From a bacterium (lineage in GTDB: Bacteria > UBA8248): a stretch of DNA of 64,000 nucleotides. The DNA lies in the NCBI GenBank assembly GCA_965213625.1, contig CBDBZU010000004.1, forward strand, positions 1,856,001-1,920,000, in the 5' to 3' direction. The notes under the pieces were generated by a model that saw nothing but the letters and a program-made list of their open reading frames with translations, ran no database searches and was not told the origin of the DNA. This document shows positions 31,305-40,713 of the stretch, one piece after another (position 1 is the stretch's first letter; every line of letters starts with the position of its first letter). The position numbers were made by a program, and so were the translations under genes.

Positions 31305-32267
31305 ATGGTGGATAGAAAAGTAAAACTCGGCGTGTTGCTTCCCACGCGTGGGGTGCTGCTCTGGAACGACGGCGCCCCGGAGGTCGGCCCCATCATCGAC
31401 TTGGCGGTGCGCGCGGAAGAACTCGGCTACGATTCGGTGTTCGTGGGCGATTCGGTGCTCGCCAAGCCGAGGCTCGAGGCGCTCAGCGTGCTTTCCGCCG
31501 TGGCGGTGAGAACCGAGCGCGTAAAACTCGGCACCGCCGTCTTTCTGCCCTGTCTCAGGGACCCCGTATTCCTCGCCTACCAGGTGGCGACGCTCGACGT
31601 CATATCGGGCGGCCGCGTCATTTTGGGCGTCGGCATCGGCCCGCCGAAGCCCCAGGAATGCGTCCATGAGTTCGAGACCCTGGGTGTTCCGTTCCGAAAA
31701 CGCATGTTCTACATGCAGGAGCACATGACGCTCATGCGGAGGCTCTGGACGGAGGAGAAAGTAACCTTCGAGGGCAGGTATTACCAGGTGGAAAACGTGA
31801 CGCTGGCACACAGGCCCATCCAGAAAACCGTGCCCATGTGGATCGCCTCAGCCACAGTGGACACCGCATGGCAGCGGGTGGCGAAGTATGGGGATGGATG
31901 GTTCCCGAACCGCGTGACGCCCGAGGAGTTTCGCGATACCTGGGGGCAGATCGTCGGTCTCGCGGAGGAGAGCGGGCGCGACCCGGGCACACCCGCGTGG
32001 TACATGACCACCTGTATCGACGACGACAAGGAATCGGCCATGAAAAATGGCGAGGCGTTCCTGCTCGATTACTACTACACCCCGTTCTGGGGCGATTCCA
32101 TCGAGAAATGGGGCACATACGGCCCCGCCGAAGACTTGATTGAGCGCATCAACGCCTTCATCGATGCGGGGGCGGAACACATTTCCCTGCGCTTCACCCA
32201 CCGAGATCAGATGAGCCAGTTGGAGCGCTTCACGAAGGAAGTGCTGCCATACCTCAACTTGGACTAA
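31305..32267 (+). CDS. LLM-class flavin/F420-dependent oxidoreductase (paralogue of 23746)
   Basis: LGVLLPTRG, DSVFVGDSVLAKPRLE, SGGRVILGVG, GDGWF. Confidence 0.88.
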   Translation: MVDRKVKLGVLLPTRGVLLWNDGAPEVGPIIDLAVRAEELGYDSVFVGDSVLAKPRLEALSVLSAVAVRTERVKLGTAVFLPCLRDPVFLAYQVATLDVISGGRVILGVGIGPPKPQECVHEFETLGVPFRKRMFYMQEHMTLMRRLWTEEKVTFEGRYYQVENVTLAHRPIQKTVPMWIASATVDTAWQRVAKYGDGWFPNRVTPEEFRDTWGQIVGLAEESGRDPGTPAWYMTTCIDDDKESAMKNGEAFLLDYYYTPFWGDSIEKWGTYGPAEDLIERINAFIDAGAEHISLRFTHRDQMSQLERFTKEVLPYLNLD

Positions 32268-32342
32268 GGCTTCTTCTCTCCTGCCGCTAACAGGATGTAA
32301 GTCGGCTGCACTCGGCGGTTTCAGGCCAAGGAGCTGCGTTGC

Positions 32343-33137
32343 TCATCCTTTGCTAGTCAGCATCTCCCAGGAATGGCTGAGGAGGAACAACACCGAGGCC
32401 GCCACGACGATGCAGGGCCCCGCGGGCGCATTCCATTCGACCGACCCCCACAGACCCGCCGCTACCGAAATGATCCCCGCCAGGACGGCGAACACCGCCA
32501 TCTGCTCGGGCGTTCTGGAGAACCGCCTCGCCGCCGCCGGCGGTATGATGAGCATCGAGATGATGAGCAGAATCCCGATCAGTTTCATGGCGATGGCGAT
32601 GATGAAGGCGATCAGGAGCATGAAGACGCATTTCACGGCGAAGGTCGGTATCCCTTCGGCGCTCGCCAGCTCCTCGTTCACCGTAACGGCGAGAAGCCCA
32701 CGCCAAATCAAGGCGAGCGCACCAAGCGAAGCCGCCCCTCCGAGGTATATCCACCACAAATCCTGCGCGCCGACCGCGAGGATGTCCCCGAAGAGATAGC
32801 CCAACAGGTCCACTCGGATCGACTCCATCAGGCTGACGGCAATGATGCCCACCGCGAGCGCCGTGTGCGCCAGGATGCCGAGGAGCGTGTCGGTGGATAG
32901 TGTTTTCCGGCTCTGCAGCGTCATGAGAACGATTGCGAGACCGATGCAGGTGATGAGGATGCCGAGCCGCAAGTCGATACCGAAGGCGAAGCCAATTGCC
33001 ACGCCGAGGAGGGCCGTGTGGGCAAGGGAATTTCCAAAGTAGGCCATCTTGCGCCAGACGATGAAGCAGCCCACGGGTCCCGTCACCATGGCGACGCCCA
33101 CCCCGCCCATCAGTCCCCTCAATATGAAATCCTCCAT
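32343..33137 (-). CDS. znuB: zinc ABC transporter permease
   Basis: GCFIVWRKMAYFG.SLAH, YLFGDILAV, GILLI.SMLIIP. Confidence 0.93.
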   Translation of the reverse strand: MEDFILRGLMGGVGVAMVTGPVGCFIVWRKMAYFGNSLAHTALLGVAIGFAFGIDLRLGILITCIGLAIVLMTLQSRKTLSTDTLLGILAHTALAVGIIAVSLMESIRVDLLGYLFGDILAVGAQDLWWIYLGGAASLGALALIWRGLLAVTVNEELASAEGIPTFAVKCVFMLLIAFIIAIAMKLIGILLIISMLIIPPAAARRFSRTPEQMAVFAVLAGIISVAAGLWGSVEWNAPAGPCIVVAASVLFLLSHSWEMLTSKG

Positions 33138-33919
33138 CAGTCGTCTCCGTGATGGTGGTGGGCTTCTTCTTCGATAGGGAGTATCTCCCCTTCGGAACCG
33201 TGAACATGGTTGTGCTTGTGGGTGTATATGGCCAGGCTCTCGGCCGCATGCTTTCCAAAGAGGGCGAGGTATTCTGGGTTTTTGCTCACGGCTTCAGGAT
33301 GTCCGCAGCAACAGATGTGCCTGTTGAGGCACACCACGCGATCGGTGAACGCCATGACGAGGTGGAGGTCGTGCGAGATCATGATGACGCCGCAGCCCCT
33401 CTCGTCTCTGATCTTCGCGATCAGGCGGTAGAGTTCGCTCTGTCCGATGACGTCCACGCTCTGAATCGGTTCGTCGAGAACGAGCAGTTCGGGGTCGCGC
33501 AGCAGGGCGCGGGCGAGCAGGACGCGTTGGCGCTCTCCACCCGAGAGGCTCTGGACGGGATGATCCAGCAGGTTTCTCGCGCCCACCTCTTCGAGATGCG
33601 CCTCCATCTGCTCGAGCGACGGCTTTTGCGTAAGACAGAGCAACCTGCGCACTGTGAGCGGAAGCGAGGGGTCCACCTCGAAAGCCTGGGGCAGGTAGCC
33701 GACCGAGAGGCCCTCTTTCCGGTGGACTTCGCCAGAATCGGACTTGATCAGTCCGAGAAGCACGCGAACCAGTGTGGTCTTCCCTGCGCCGTTCGGGCCG
33801 ATGAGGGTAAGGATTTCACCCGCCGAAATGTCGAGACCGACGTTATGGAGTATCGTCGTTTCGCCGAATCGGAGATAAAGGTTCGCGGCGGTGACGAGAT
33901 TGTGCCGCGCGTCATTCAT
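33137..33919 (-). CDS. znuC: zinc ABC transporter ATP-binding protein
   Basis: [33 protein letters not shown], His-rich tail; start overlaps the zur stop. Confidence 0.93.
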   Translation of the reverse strand: MNDARHNLVTAANLYLRFGETTILHNVGLDISAGEILTLIGPNGAGKTTLVRVLLGLIKSDSGEVHRKEGLSVGYLPQAFEVDPSLPLTVRRLLCLTQKPSLEQMEAHLEEVGARNLLDHPVQSLSGGERQRVLLARALLRDPELLVLDEPIQSVDVIGQSELYRLIAKIRDERGCGVIMISHDLHLVMAFTDRVVCLNRHICCCGHPEAVSKNPEYLALFGKHAAESLAIYTHKHNHVHGSEGEILPIEEEAHHHHGDD

Positions 33920-34391
33920 CTTCATGACACTCCTGGCACCTGCCGCTGATTTCCATGACGGGCATCTCCACCAGGAAACCGGCCCGGATGGCGCTCGCCT
34001 CGATGGCTTCGCCGATTTCCTGGCTGTGCGTCTCGGCCACGCTTCCACAATCGCGGCATATTAAGAACAGGGCATCGTGAGCATCCGCCGCCATGGCGCA
34101 ACCCACGAACGCCTTTTGGCTCTCGATACGGTGGATGAGGCCGTGCTTTAAGAGAAAATCAAGCGCCCGGTAGACCGTGGGTGGGGCATTTCGCTCCCCG
34201 TCCGCGTTCATACGCTGGAGCGCGTCATACGCGCCCAGGGGCGCGTGGCTTTCCAGGATGATCTCCAATACTCGTCTCCTGAGCGGCGTGAGTCTCGCCC
34301 CGCGCTCCCTGCAAAGCGTTTCGGCTTGTTCGAGGGCGCTCTCGATGCTGGCCCCGTGGTCGTGATTCCTTTCGGGAAATTTCTTATTCAT
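33912..34391 (-). CDS. zur: Fur-family zinc uptake regulator
   Basis: [29 protein letters not shown] twice; adjacent to znu genes. Confidence 0.9.
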   Translation of the reverse strand: MNKKFPERNHDHGASIESALEQAETLCRERGARLTPLRRRVLEIILESHAPLGAYDALQRMNADGERNAPPTVYRALDFLLKHGLIHRIESQKAFVGCAMAADAHDALFLICRDCGSVAETHSQEIGEAIEASAIRAGFLVEMPVMEISGRCQECHEDE

Positions 34392-34412
34392 CGATGTCAT
34401 CCCCATAATTGC

Positions 34413-34450
34413 TTGACGAGAATAATTGTAATGATATAATATAACAATAT
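34413..34450 (+). promoter_or_regulatory. sigma70 promoter of znuA overlapped by a Zur box
   Basis: TTGACG (34413-18), TGnTATAAT (34432-40); TGATATAATATAACA differs at one position from the Zur core TGTTATAnTATAACA. Confidence 0.8.
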
Positions 34451-34493
34451 GAAAACTTTTTCAATCCAATTTCACGTCGAAAGGAAAGAATTC

Positions 34494-35618
34494 ATGAAAA
34501 GGATCGGATCAATGAAATATATGTTGTTCACTGCGGTTCTGACAATGGCGCTCCTCGCGCGCTTGGCCGCTCCCGCATCGGCCGCTCCCAAGGTTGTGGC
34601 CTCCATCAAGCCGCTTCACTCGCTGGTCTCAGGCGTGATGAAGGGGGTCGGCGAGCCCTATCTCTTGGTAAAAGGCGTCGCCTCGCCGCATACGTTTTCC
34701 CTCAAACCCTCCGACGCCAGGGAGCTCGAGAGGGCGCGCGTGATTTTCTGGGTGGGCGATGAGCTCGCTCCGAGCCTGGAACGTCCACTCGAAGTTCTGC
34801 CGAAACGGGCGGAGGTCGTCGCCATGGCGGAGATCAAGGGACTGGAGTTGTTGAAGCTCAGGGAAGGCGGTTTGTGGGAAGGACACGACGATCATCATGA
34901 CGAGAAGGAAAAAGGCGAGCATCACGACGAAGATAAGCACGCCAAGGGCAAAGACGCCGATCATCACGATGAGCATAAAGAAACCAAAGCCAAAGATGAC
35001 CACCATGCGCATAAGGAAGCAAAGGCGAAGGACGATCATCGCCATGATCATGATCACGAAAAAGCCAAGGACGATCATCACGGGGAGCATCGTCACGGCG
35101 TCTTCGACGTGCACGTCTGGCTCGACCCGATGAACGCCCGCAAGTGGGTGCATGCCATCACGCATGAGCTCGAAGAGGCGGATCCTGCGAACAGGGAAAA
35201 ATACGAGGCGAACGAAAAGAGGCTTTTTGCTCGACTAGACGCCCTGCACGAGGAATTGAAAAGTACGCTCGCTCCCTTGAAAGGCATGCCATACATCGTC
35301 TTTCACGATGCGTATCAATACATGGAGAAACGCTATGGGCTGAACGCCATTGGTTCGGTGACTCTCTCCCCTGAGACTAAGCCGGGCGCGGCGCGGCTGG
35401 TGGAGATACGCAAGAAGGTCAGGGACACGAAGTCGATCTGCGTGTTCAGCGAGCCGCAGTTCGAGCCCAAATTGGTGAAGGTCGTCATGGAGGGAACGGG
35501 GGCCGGAACCGGCGTGCTCGACCCCCTGGGCGCGGATATTTCCGCCGGTGAGGACGCGTATTTCACCCTCATGCGCAACATGGCGAAATCGCTCAAGGGG
35601 TGTCTTGCGGGGAAATAA
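34494..35618 (+). CDS. znuA: zinc ABC transporter substrate-binding protein with long His/Asp/Lys-rich loop
   Basis: VVASIKPLHSLV, SPHTF, ~70-aa His-rich loop, D.HVWLDP, VFHDAYQY. Confidence 0.95.
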   Translation: MKRIGSMKYMLFTAVLTMALLARLAAPASAAPKVVASIKPLHSLVSGVMKGVGEPYLLVKGVASPHTFSLKPSDARELERARVIFWVGDELAPSLERPLEVLPKRAEVVAMAEIKGLELLKLREGGLWEGHDDHHDEKEKGEHHDEDKHAKGKDADHHDEHKETKAKDDHHAHKEAKAKDDHRHDHDHEKAKDDHHGEHRHGVFDVHVWLDPMNARKWVHAITHELEEADPANREKYEANEKRLFARLDALHEELKSTLAPLKGMPYIVFHDAYQYMEKRYGLNAIGSVTLSPETKPGAARLVEIRKKVRDTKSICVFSEPQFEPKLVKVVMEGTGAGTGVLDPLGADISAGEDAYFTLMRNMAKSLKGCLAGK

Positions 35619-35855
35619 TTTGACCCGGCGTTCGGGGATGTGAACGAGCCCACCCGGATCCCCCGCACATCCTCGGAGCCGCCCGCATTTTCGTAGCGGG
35701 GAATGGAACCGAAGGGGGAGATAGATCTGTAGCTGGACAGGCGCAGGAGCCTGCCCGGGGACCTGTGTGGTCGGTGAAGGAAGCGAACCAGCCCGGTCCA
35801 GCGCTTCATGGCCCATTGTGAACGAGAAGTCTTAAAGGGGAAGGAGAAAGACAGA

Positions 35856-36989
35856 ATGAAGTGGAAAGCCTTGCTAATGGCCGGTATCGCCATGTTCCTA
35901 TGGCACGCGCCCGCATTCGCGCAGCAGTCCGTAGAAGAACGCCTGAAGAGCATGGAAAAACGAATCAAATATCTCGAAGAGCGCGTCTCCGCGCAGGATA
36001 AGGCGATCGTCGAAAAAGACAAGCAGATTTCCAAGCTCACCAGTGGAGACAACTGGTTCGAAGCCGTGGAGATCGGTGGAGCCATCGAACTCGAGGGAGC
36101 ATTCGCAAATCCCGCCGAGGGGGACAGCACTACGGATCTGGCCGTGGGAACGGTCGAACTCGGCATCGGAGCCCAGGTGAGCGACTGGGTGAAGGGAGAG
36201 GTCGTACTCCTCTATGAGCAGGGCGAATCCCTGGACGTGGATACCGCGACGGTGACGATTGGTCCGCCGGAAGGCTCTTGGTCCCTCACGGGAGGCCAGC
36301 TTTACGTTCCATTCGGCGCCTTCGAGACGAACCTGATTTCCGACCCCATGACGCTCGACATCGGCGAGACGAGGCAGACGGCTCTGCAATTCGACACCTC
36401 GGCAGGGGGTCTGAGCGGTTCGGTCTTTATCTTCAAGGGCGACAGCCCGGAGAACGATGAAGACAGGATTCAGGGTGCGGGCGTCGCGGTGGGCTATTCG
36501 ATCGAGAAGGAAAACTTCGAGCTCGGCCTGAACCTCTCCTACATCAACGACCTGGGCGATTCGGACGGCTTGCAGGACGTGATAGAGACCAGCATCGACC
36601 GCGCGGCGGGTGTTTCAGCGAGCGCGATGATGCGGATTGGCAGCATCACCGTGCTCGGCGAATTCCTCGGAGCCATGGACGAGTTCCACGCGGATGAAGT
36701 GGCGTTCGGCGACTATGGTGCGAAACCCTCGGCCTGGATGGTCGAGGCTGCCTATGGGTTCGAGTTGGCCGGCAAGGAGGCGACGCTGGCCGCGAGCTAC
36801 CAGACGACGGACGAGGCGCTGGCGCTCGAGTTGCCGAAAAAACGCATACTGCTCGGTGTTTCGGCCGAGGTGATGGAAGGGCTTTCCCTGGGCGTCGAAT
36901 GGGCGCGTGATACGGACTACAGCGTCGCCGATGGCGGAACCGGCGAGGACTCCGACACCCTCACCCTCCAGTTGGCCGCCGAGTTTTAG
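35856..36989 (+). CDS. outer-membrane porin, LbtU-like family
   Basis: Signal peptide, coiled coil, GAIELE, VELG, GQLYVPFG.FETNLISDP.TL..GE, C-terminal Phe. Confidence 0.75.
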   Translation: MKWKALLMAGIAMFLWHAPAFAQQSVEERLKSMEKRIKYLEERVSAQDKAIVEKDKQISKLTSGDNWFEAVEIGGAIELEGAFANPAEGDSTTDLAVGTVELGIGAQVSDWVKGEVVLLYEQGESLDVDTATVTIGPPEGSWSLTGGQLYVPFGAFETNLISDPMTLDIGETRQTALQFDTSAGGLSGSVFIFKGDSPENDEDRIQGAGVAVGYSIEKENFELGLNLSYINDLGDSDGLQDVIETSIDRAAGVSASAMMRIGSITVLGEFLGAMDEFHADEVAFGDYGAKPSAWMVEAAYGFELAGKEATLAASYQTTDEALALELPKKRILLGVSAEVMEGLSLGVEWARDTDYSVADGGTGEDSDTLTLQLAAEF

Positions 36990-37100
36990 TCGGCGCCAGG
37001 GCACGGGCAGACCGAGCGGAGAGGACATTCCTCCGTTGAACAGGGGTAGCAGGGTCATTTTCAACCAGTCGAGAGACGCACCCGAGGAGGAACTGAAACA

Positions 37101-37478
37101 ATGAACATCGCATACGTTTTCGCCACCGACATGTCGGCCACCTACAAGCTGGGCACGATGATCCTGCCGCAACTCGAAGCCGGCAACCACGGGGTGAACG
37201 TCGTCGGCATGTTTTTCTTCGACGACAACCTGTTCTGCCTGCGCGAGGGCGACGAGGTGGGCGAGCGACTGGCCAAGGTTGCCGCGGAGCAGAACATCCT
37301 CCTCATGGTCTGCGATCAGTGCGCCGTAAGGCGCAACCTCGCCGAGGGCACGTTCGAGCAATGCGGATCGGGCGACGTCACGGCGAAGGGCCTGGTGGCC
37401 GGCGTAGGCGCAGGCTGCTTCCCGCAGCTTTACGCCGCACTCGCCCCCGCCGCGCCCGACCTCGTCATCACCCTTTGA
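37101..37478 (+). CDS. SaoD/DsrE-family protein
   Basis: MILPQLE.G.HG..VVGMFFF.DN, CDQCA, GCFP, VITL. Confidence 0.75.
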   Translation: MNIAYVFATDMSATYKLGTMILPQLEAGNHGVNVVGMFFFDDNLFCLREGDEVGERLAKVAAEQNILLMVCDQCAVRRNLAEGTFEQCGSGDVTAKGLVAGVGAGCFPQLYAALAPAAPDLVITL

Positions 37479-37574
37479 GTGAGCAGCGCGTGTATTGACG
37501 AGTGCTGAAACGCCTGCCGTGACGCTAACCGGCCCCATCTTCGGTCTCGCCTTGTCGCAGGGAGAAGAGAGAAT

Positions 37575-37883
37575 ATGTTGATCAACACATCACCACGTCG
37601 CCCGAGCCTCGAACGGATTCGATATATCAAGGAGGCATTGCGCGCAGCGCTGACCCTTCCCGATGGTGCAACGGTTACGGTCACCGAGCTGGCATGTCTC
37701 GAAAAGGGGTGTGCGTCTATCGAGACCGTAGTCGCTCTGCTTCGGCCCGATGCCCCACCGCTGCAACACAAGCTTCACAAACCCACGGACGCCATTGACG
37801 CCGAAGACCTGGCCCAGGTCTGCAAGGCGTGGGGGTTCGACGTCCAAAATCCAATACTCTTACCTCTGCTCCAGGAGAACTAA
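37575..37883 (+). CDS. small Cys-containing hypothetical protein
   Basis: VTELACLEKGCASIETV motif; stop directly abuts the COG0523 ATG. Confidence 0.7.
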   Translation: MLINTSPRRPSLERIRYIKEALRAALTLPDGATVTVTELACLEKGCASIETVVALLRPDAPPLQHKLHKPTDAIDAEDLAQVCKAWGFDVQNPILLPLLQEN

Positions 37884-39230
37884 ATGGACACTCCGCGAAA
37901 AGTACCTGTTTCCATCCTCACCGGCTTCCTCGGCTCTGGCAAGACGACTCTGCTCAACCGGATATTGAGTGAAGAGCACGGCAAGCGCATTGCCGTGATC
38001 GAGAATGAGTACGGGGAGGTCGGCATCGATCAGGCGCTCGTCATCAACGCTGACGAAGAGATCTTCGAGATGTCGAACGGCTGCATCTGCTGCACGGTGC
38101 GCGGAGACCTGATTCGCGTGCTCGGAAATCTCATGAAGCGCCGCGACAAGTTCGACTATGTGTTGGTGGAGACCACAGGGCTCGCCGATCCCGGCCCGGT
38201 CGCCCAGACCTTCTTCATGGACGACGAGATTCGTGAGGAGTTCTCGATCGACGGGATCGTCACGCTCGTCGATGCGGCCCACATCGAACAACAGCTTGGC
38301 CGAAGCGACGAAAGCACCGAGCAAATCGCGTTCGCAGACGTCCTGGTGCTCAACAAGACCGACCTCGTCAACGGCGAGGCGCTCGACAGGCTCGAGGCTC
38401 GGCTACGGGACATGAACCGAATGGCGCGAGTCGTGCGCAGCGAGCGGGCGAACGTCTCGGTCGACACGGTCCTCAACCTCGGTGCCTTCGACCTGGACCA
38501 GGTGCTCGAGCGTCGTCCCACCTTCCTCGAGCCGGAGTATCCGTTCGAATGGACCGGAGTCTATTCGCTCGATAACGGCCGCTACGAACTCGACCTCGCC
38601 GATGGACCTGATCCGGCGATGTCGCTCGTCGTCGTGTCCGACCAAGGCACGGATGACGCTGCCCTCCGTGAGAGTGCGGAGTGGTGTGTGCGGCGTTACG
38701 CCGAACCTGCGGAGATCATTCGCCCCGGGGAAAAGATTCCAGTCGGAAATCATGTGAATCTCCAGCTCGATTCCCCGGGACGCAAGTCGTTCTTCTTGGA
38801 GGTCGATACGCCGGTGCGGGTTGGCCTCTACGCCGAGCACAGCGCGGAGGAGTTCGATCTCCAACTGACGAACGCGGAAGGAGCGACAATCAGGCAAGAG
38901 GTCGAGCGCACCTGGGTCGCACAGCACGAGCACGACGACGAGGTGGGCTCGATCGCGATCGAGAGGGACGGCGACGTCGATCCCAAAATGCTCGACGCCT
39001 GGATTGGCGAACTGCTCAGTGAGCGCGGGGTGGACATCTTCCGAATGAAGGGCTTCATCAGCCTCGCGGGTGAGTCGCATCGCTTCGTCTTCCAGGGGGT
39101 TCACATGCTCTTTGACGGCCAGCCGGATCGCCCATGGGGAGACTCGCCCCGGCGCAATCAGCTCGTCTTCATCGGCCGAAACCTCGATGAGCAGAGCATG
39201 CGGCAGGGATTCGAGGCATGTCTGATTTGA
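37884..39230 (+). CDS. COG0523/CobW-family G3E GTPase metallochaperone
   Basis: GFLGSGKTT, ENEYGE, GCICC, ETTGLA, NKTD, HEHD, RMKG, LVFIG. Confidence 0.95.
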   Translation: MDTPRKVPVSILTGFLGSGKTTLLNRILSEEHGKRIAVIENEYGEVGIDQALVINADEEIFEMSNGCICCTVRGDLIRVLGNLMKRRDKFDYVLVETTGLADPGPVAQTFFMDDEIREEFSIDGIVTLVDAAHIEQQLGRSDESTEQIAFADVLVLNKTDLVNGEALDRLEARLRDMNRMARVVRSERANVSVDTVLNLGAFDLDQVLERRPTFLEPEYPFEWTGVYSLDNGRYELDLADGPDPAMSLVVVSDQGTDDAALRESAEWCVRRYAEPAEIIRPGEKIPVGNHVNLQLDSPGRKSFFLEVDTPVRVGLYAEHSAEEFDLQLTNAEGATIRQEVERTWVAQHEHDDEVGSIAIERDGDVDPKMLDAWIGELLSERGVDIFRMKGFISLAGESHRFVFQGVHMLFDGQPDRPWGDSPRRNQLVFIGRNLDEQSMRQGFEACLI

Positions 39231-39240
39231 ATGTCGCCAG
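39158..39240 (+). repeat. 83-bp direct repeat, copy 1 (COG0523 3' end/WD40-type start)
   Basis: Matches 40631-40713 with 7 mismatches. Confidence 0.9.
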
Positions 39241-39251
39241 GAGGAGTCTGC

Positions 39252-40382
39252 ATGATCGGCACCGAGAGCAGTGAAACCGTCTATGATGTAGTGGTCGTCG
39301 GCGCCGGTGCCGCAGGCGTGGGGGCCGCGGTGGCTCTCAAGCATGCTGGCATCGAGAACTTCATAGTTTCCGAGCGTCGCAAGGTCGGCGCATCGTTCGC
39401 CTCATGGCCAGCCGAGACACGCTTCATCACGCCCTCGTACCCAACCAATTCGATTGGCATGCTCGATTTGAACTCGATCGCGATTGGAACTTCACCCGCG
39501 TTCAGTTTGGGGGTCGAGCATCCGACGGGTAAAGAGTACGCGAGATATTTGCGTGCAGTAGCACGATTCTTTGAGGTGCCTGTACGCCAGGATACCGACG
39601 TGATGCAGGTCGCAAAGGTTGGCGACGGCTTTCGCATCGATACGGCCGACGAGACCTTGCAAGCCAAGCACGTCATTTGGACCGCTGGCGAGTTCCAATA
39701 CCCACGCTTAAGTGGGTTTGTTGGGAGCCAATTGTGTTGCCACACCGCGACCATCCCCAGCTATGAAGAGCTTGACGGTGACGACTTCATCGTTGTGGGT
39801 GGCTACGAAAGTGGTGTCGACGTGGCCTACCACTTGGCGTGTCGCGACAAACGAGTGCGGTTGTTCGACAAGGGTTGCCCGTGGGAGGACGAGAGTTCCG
39901 ATCCTAGTGTCGCGCTTTCCCCGTTTACGCTCGAACGGATGCGTGAAGACCAGTTTGTTGAGCAAGTGGAACTGTTTCCGCACACCCCTATCGAATCGGT
40001 CACTCGCGCGGATTCCATGTATGAAGTTACGGCTCGGGACGGACATCGGTTTCAAACCCGCGTGCCGCCACTATTGGCGGGCGGATTTGAGGGGAGTCAC
40101 AAGTTAGTCACGGATTTGTTTGAACGACGCGACGATGGCTCTCCGCTTCTGAGCGAACACGATGAATCGACCATCGTACCGGGAGTGTTTCTCTGCGGCC
40201 CCACAGTTCGCCATAACAATTACGTCTTCTGCTTTATCTTCAAGTATCGACAACGATTCGCCGTTGTCGCCAAAGCAATTGCGACCTCGTTAGGGCTGCC
40301 GGCGGAAAATTTGGAAGAGTACCGCAAGTGGGGCATGTATCTCGATGACCTCTCCTGCTGTGGGGAGGAGTGCGTATGTTGA
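39252..40382 (+). CDS. NAD(P)/FAD-dependent oxidoreductase (FMO/TrxB-like) with Cys-rich C-terminus
   Basis: GAGAAG, RFITPS, GGYESG, FIFKYRQRF, ends DDLSCCGEECVC. Confidence 0.85.
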   Translation: MIGTESSETVYDVVVVGAGAAGVGAAVALKHAGIENFIVSERRKVGASFASWPAETRFITPSYPTNSIGMLDLNSIAIGTSPAFSLGVEHPTGKEYARYLRAVARFFEVPVRQDTDVMQVAKVGDGFRIDTADETLQAKHVIWTAGEFQYPRLSGFVGSQLCCHTATIPSYEELDGDDFIVVGGYESGVDVAYHLACRDKRVRLFDKGCPWEDESSDPSVALSPFTLERMREDQFVEQVELFPHTPIESVTRADSMYEVTARDGHRFQTRVPPLLAGGFEGSHKLVTDLFERRDDGSPLLSEHDESTIVPGVFLCGPTVRHNNYVFCFIFKYRQRFAVVAKAIATSLGLPAENLEEYRKWGMYLDDLSCCGEECVC

Positions 40383-40603
40383 CGGGAAACGACGAAGGGG
40401 CCGTCGTGTCTGACGCGGGGCGAAGCCGACTAGCCAGGGTGCGGAGCATCGAATGGCTCGGACAAACGGCTGCCAGCGTTTGCTGGATTGGCAGCATGCT
40501 GGCTTACGGGATCAGATCCAGTGGGGATTGGTTGCAGTTATTTGCTGCATCCGCATGGCTGTTGGCCAACATCGTAGCGATTGCGACTGCCGAGGCTGAT
40601 TGA
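40376..40603 (+). CDS. small two-TM membrane protein
   Basis: GGAGGAG RBS, overlaps the upstream stop, two hydrophobic segments. Confidence 0.55.
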   Translation: MLTGNDEGAVVSDAGRSRLARVRSIEWLGQTAASVCWIGSMLAYGIRSSGDWLQLFAASAWLLANIVAIATAEAD

Positions 40604-40630
40604 GATGTCGGTAGTACTTCAAGGAGTCGG

Positions 40631-40713
40631 TCATCTCGTCTCCATCGGCCGCAACATCGATGAGCAGAGCATACGGCAGGGGTTCGAAGCATGTCTGATT
40701 TGAATGTCGCCAG
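40631..40713 (+). repeat. 83-bp direct repeat, copy 2 (vestigial COG0523 3' end carrying the WD40 start)
   Basis: Translates HLVSIGRNIDEQSIRQGFEACLI* versus QLVFIGRNLDEQSMRQGFEACLI* in copy 1. Confidence 0.9.

Noticed and set aside
34885-35100. Low-complexity His/Asp/Lys repeat as a separate element
   Set aside because: It is the known variable His-rich loop of ZnuA.
35766-35790. SRP (4.5S) RNA because of GAAGGAAGC
   Set aside because: Lacks the CAGG..GRAA..AGCAG domain IV geometry and the long flanking helix.
40380-40382. Sec read-through at the TGA after CCGEECVC
   Set aside because: No convincing SECIS follows, and the TGA overlaps the start of the next ORF, so it is consistent with a normal stop.
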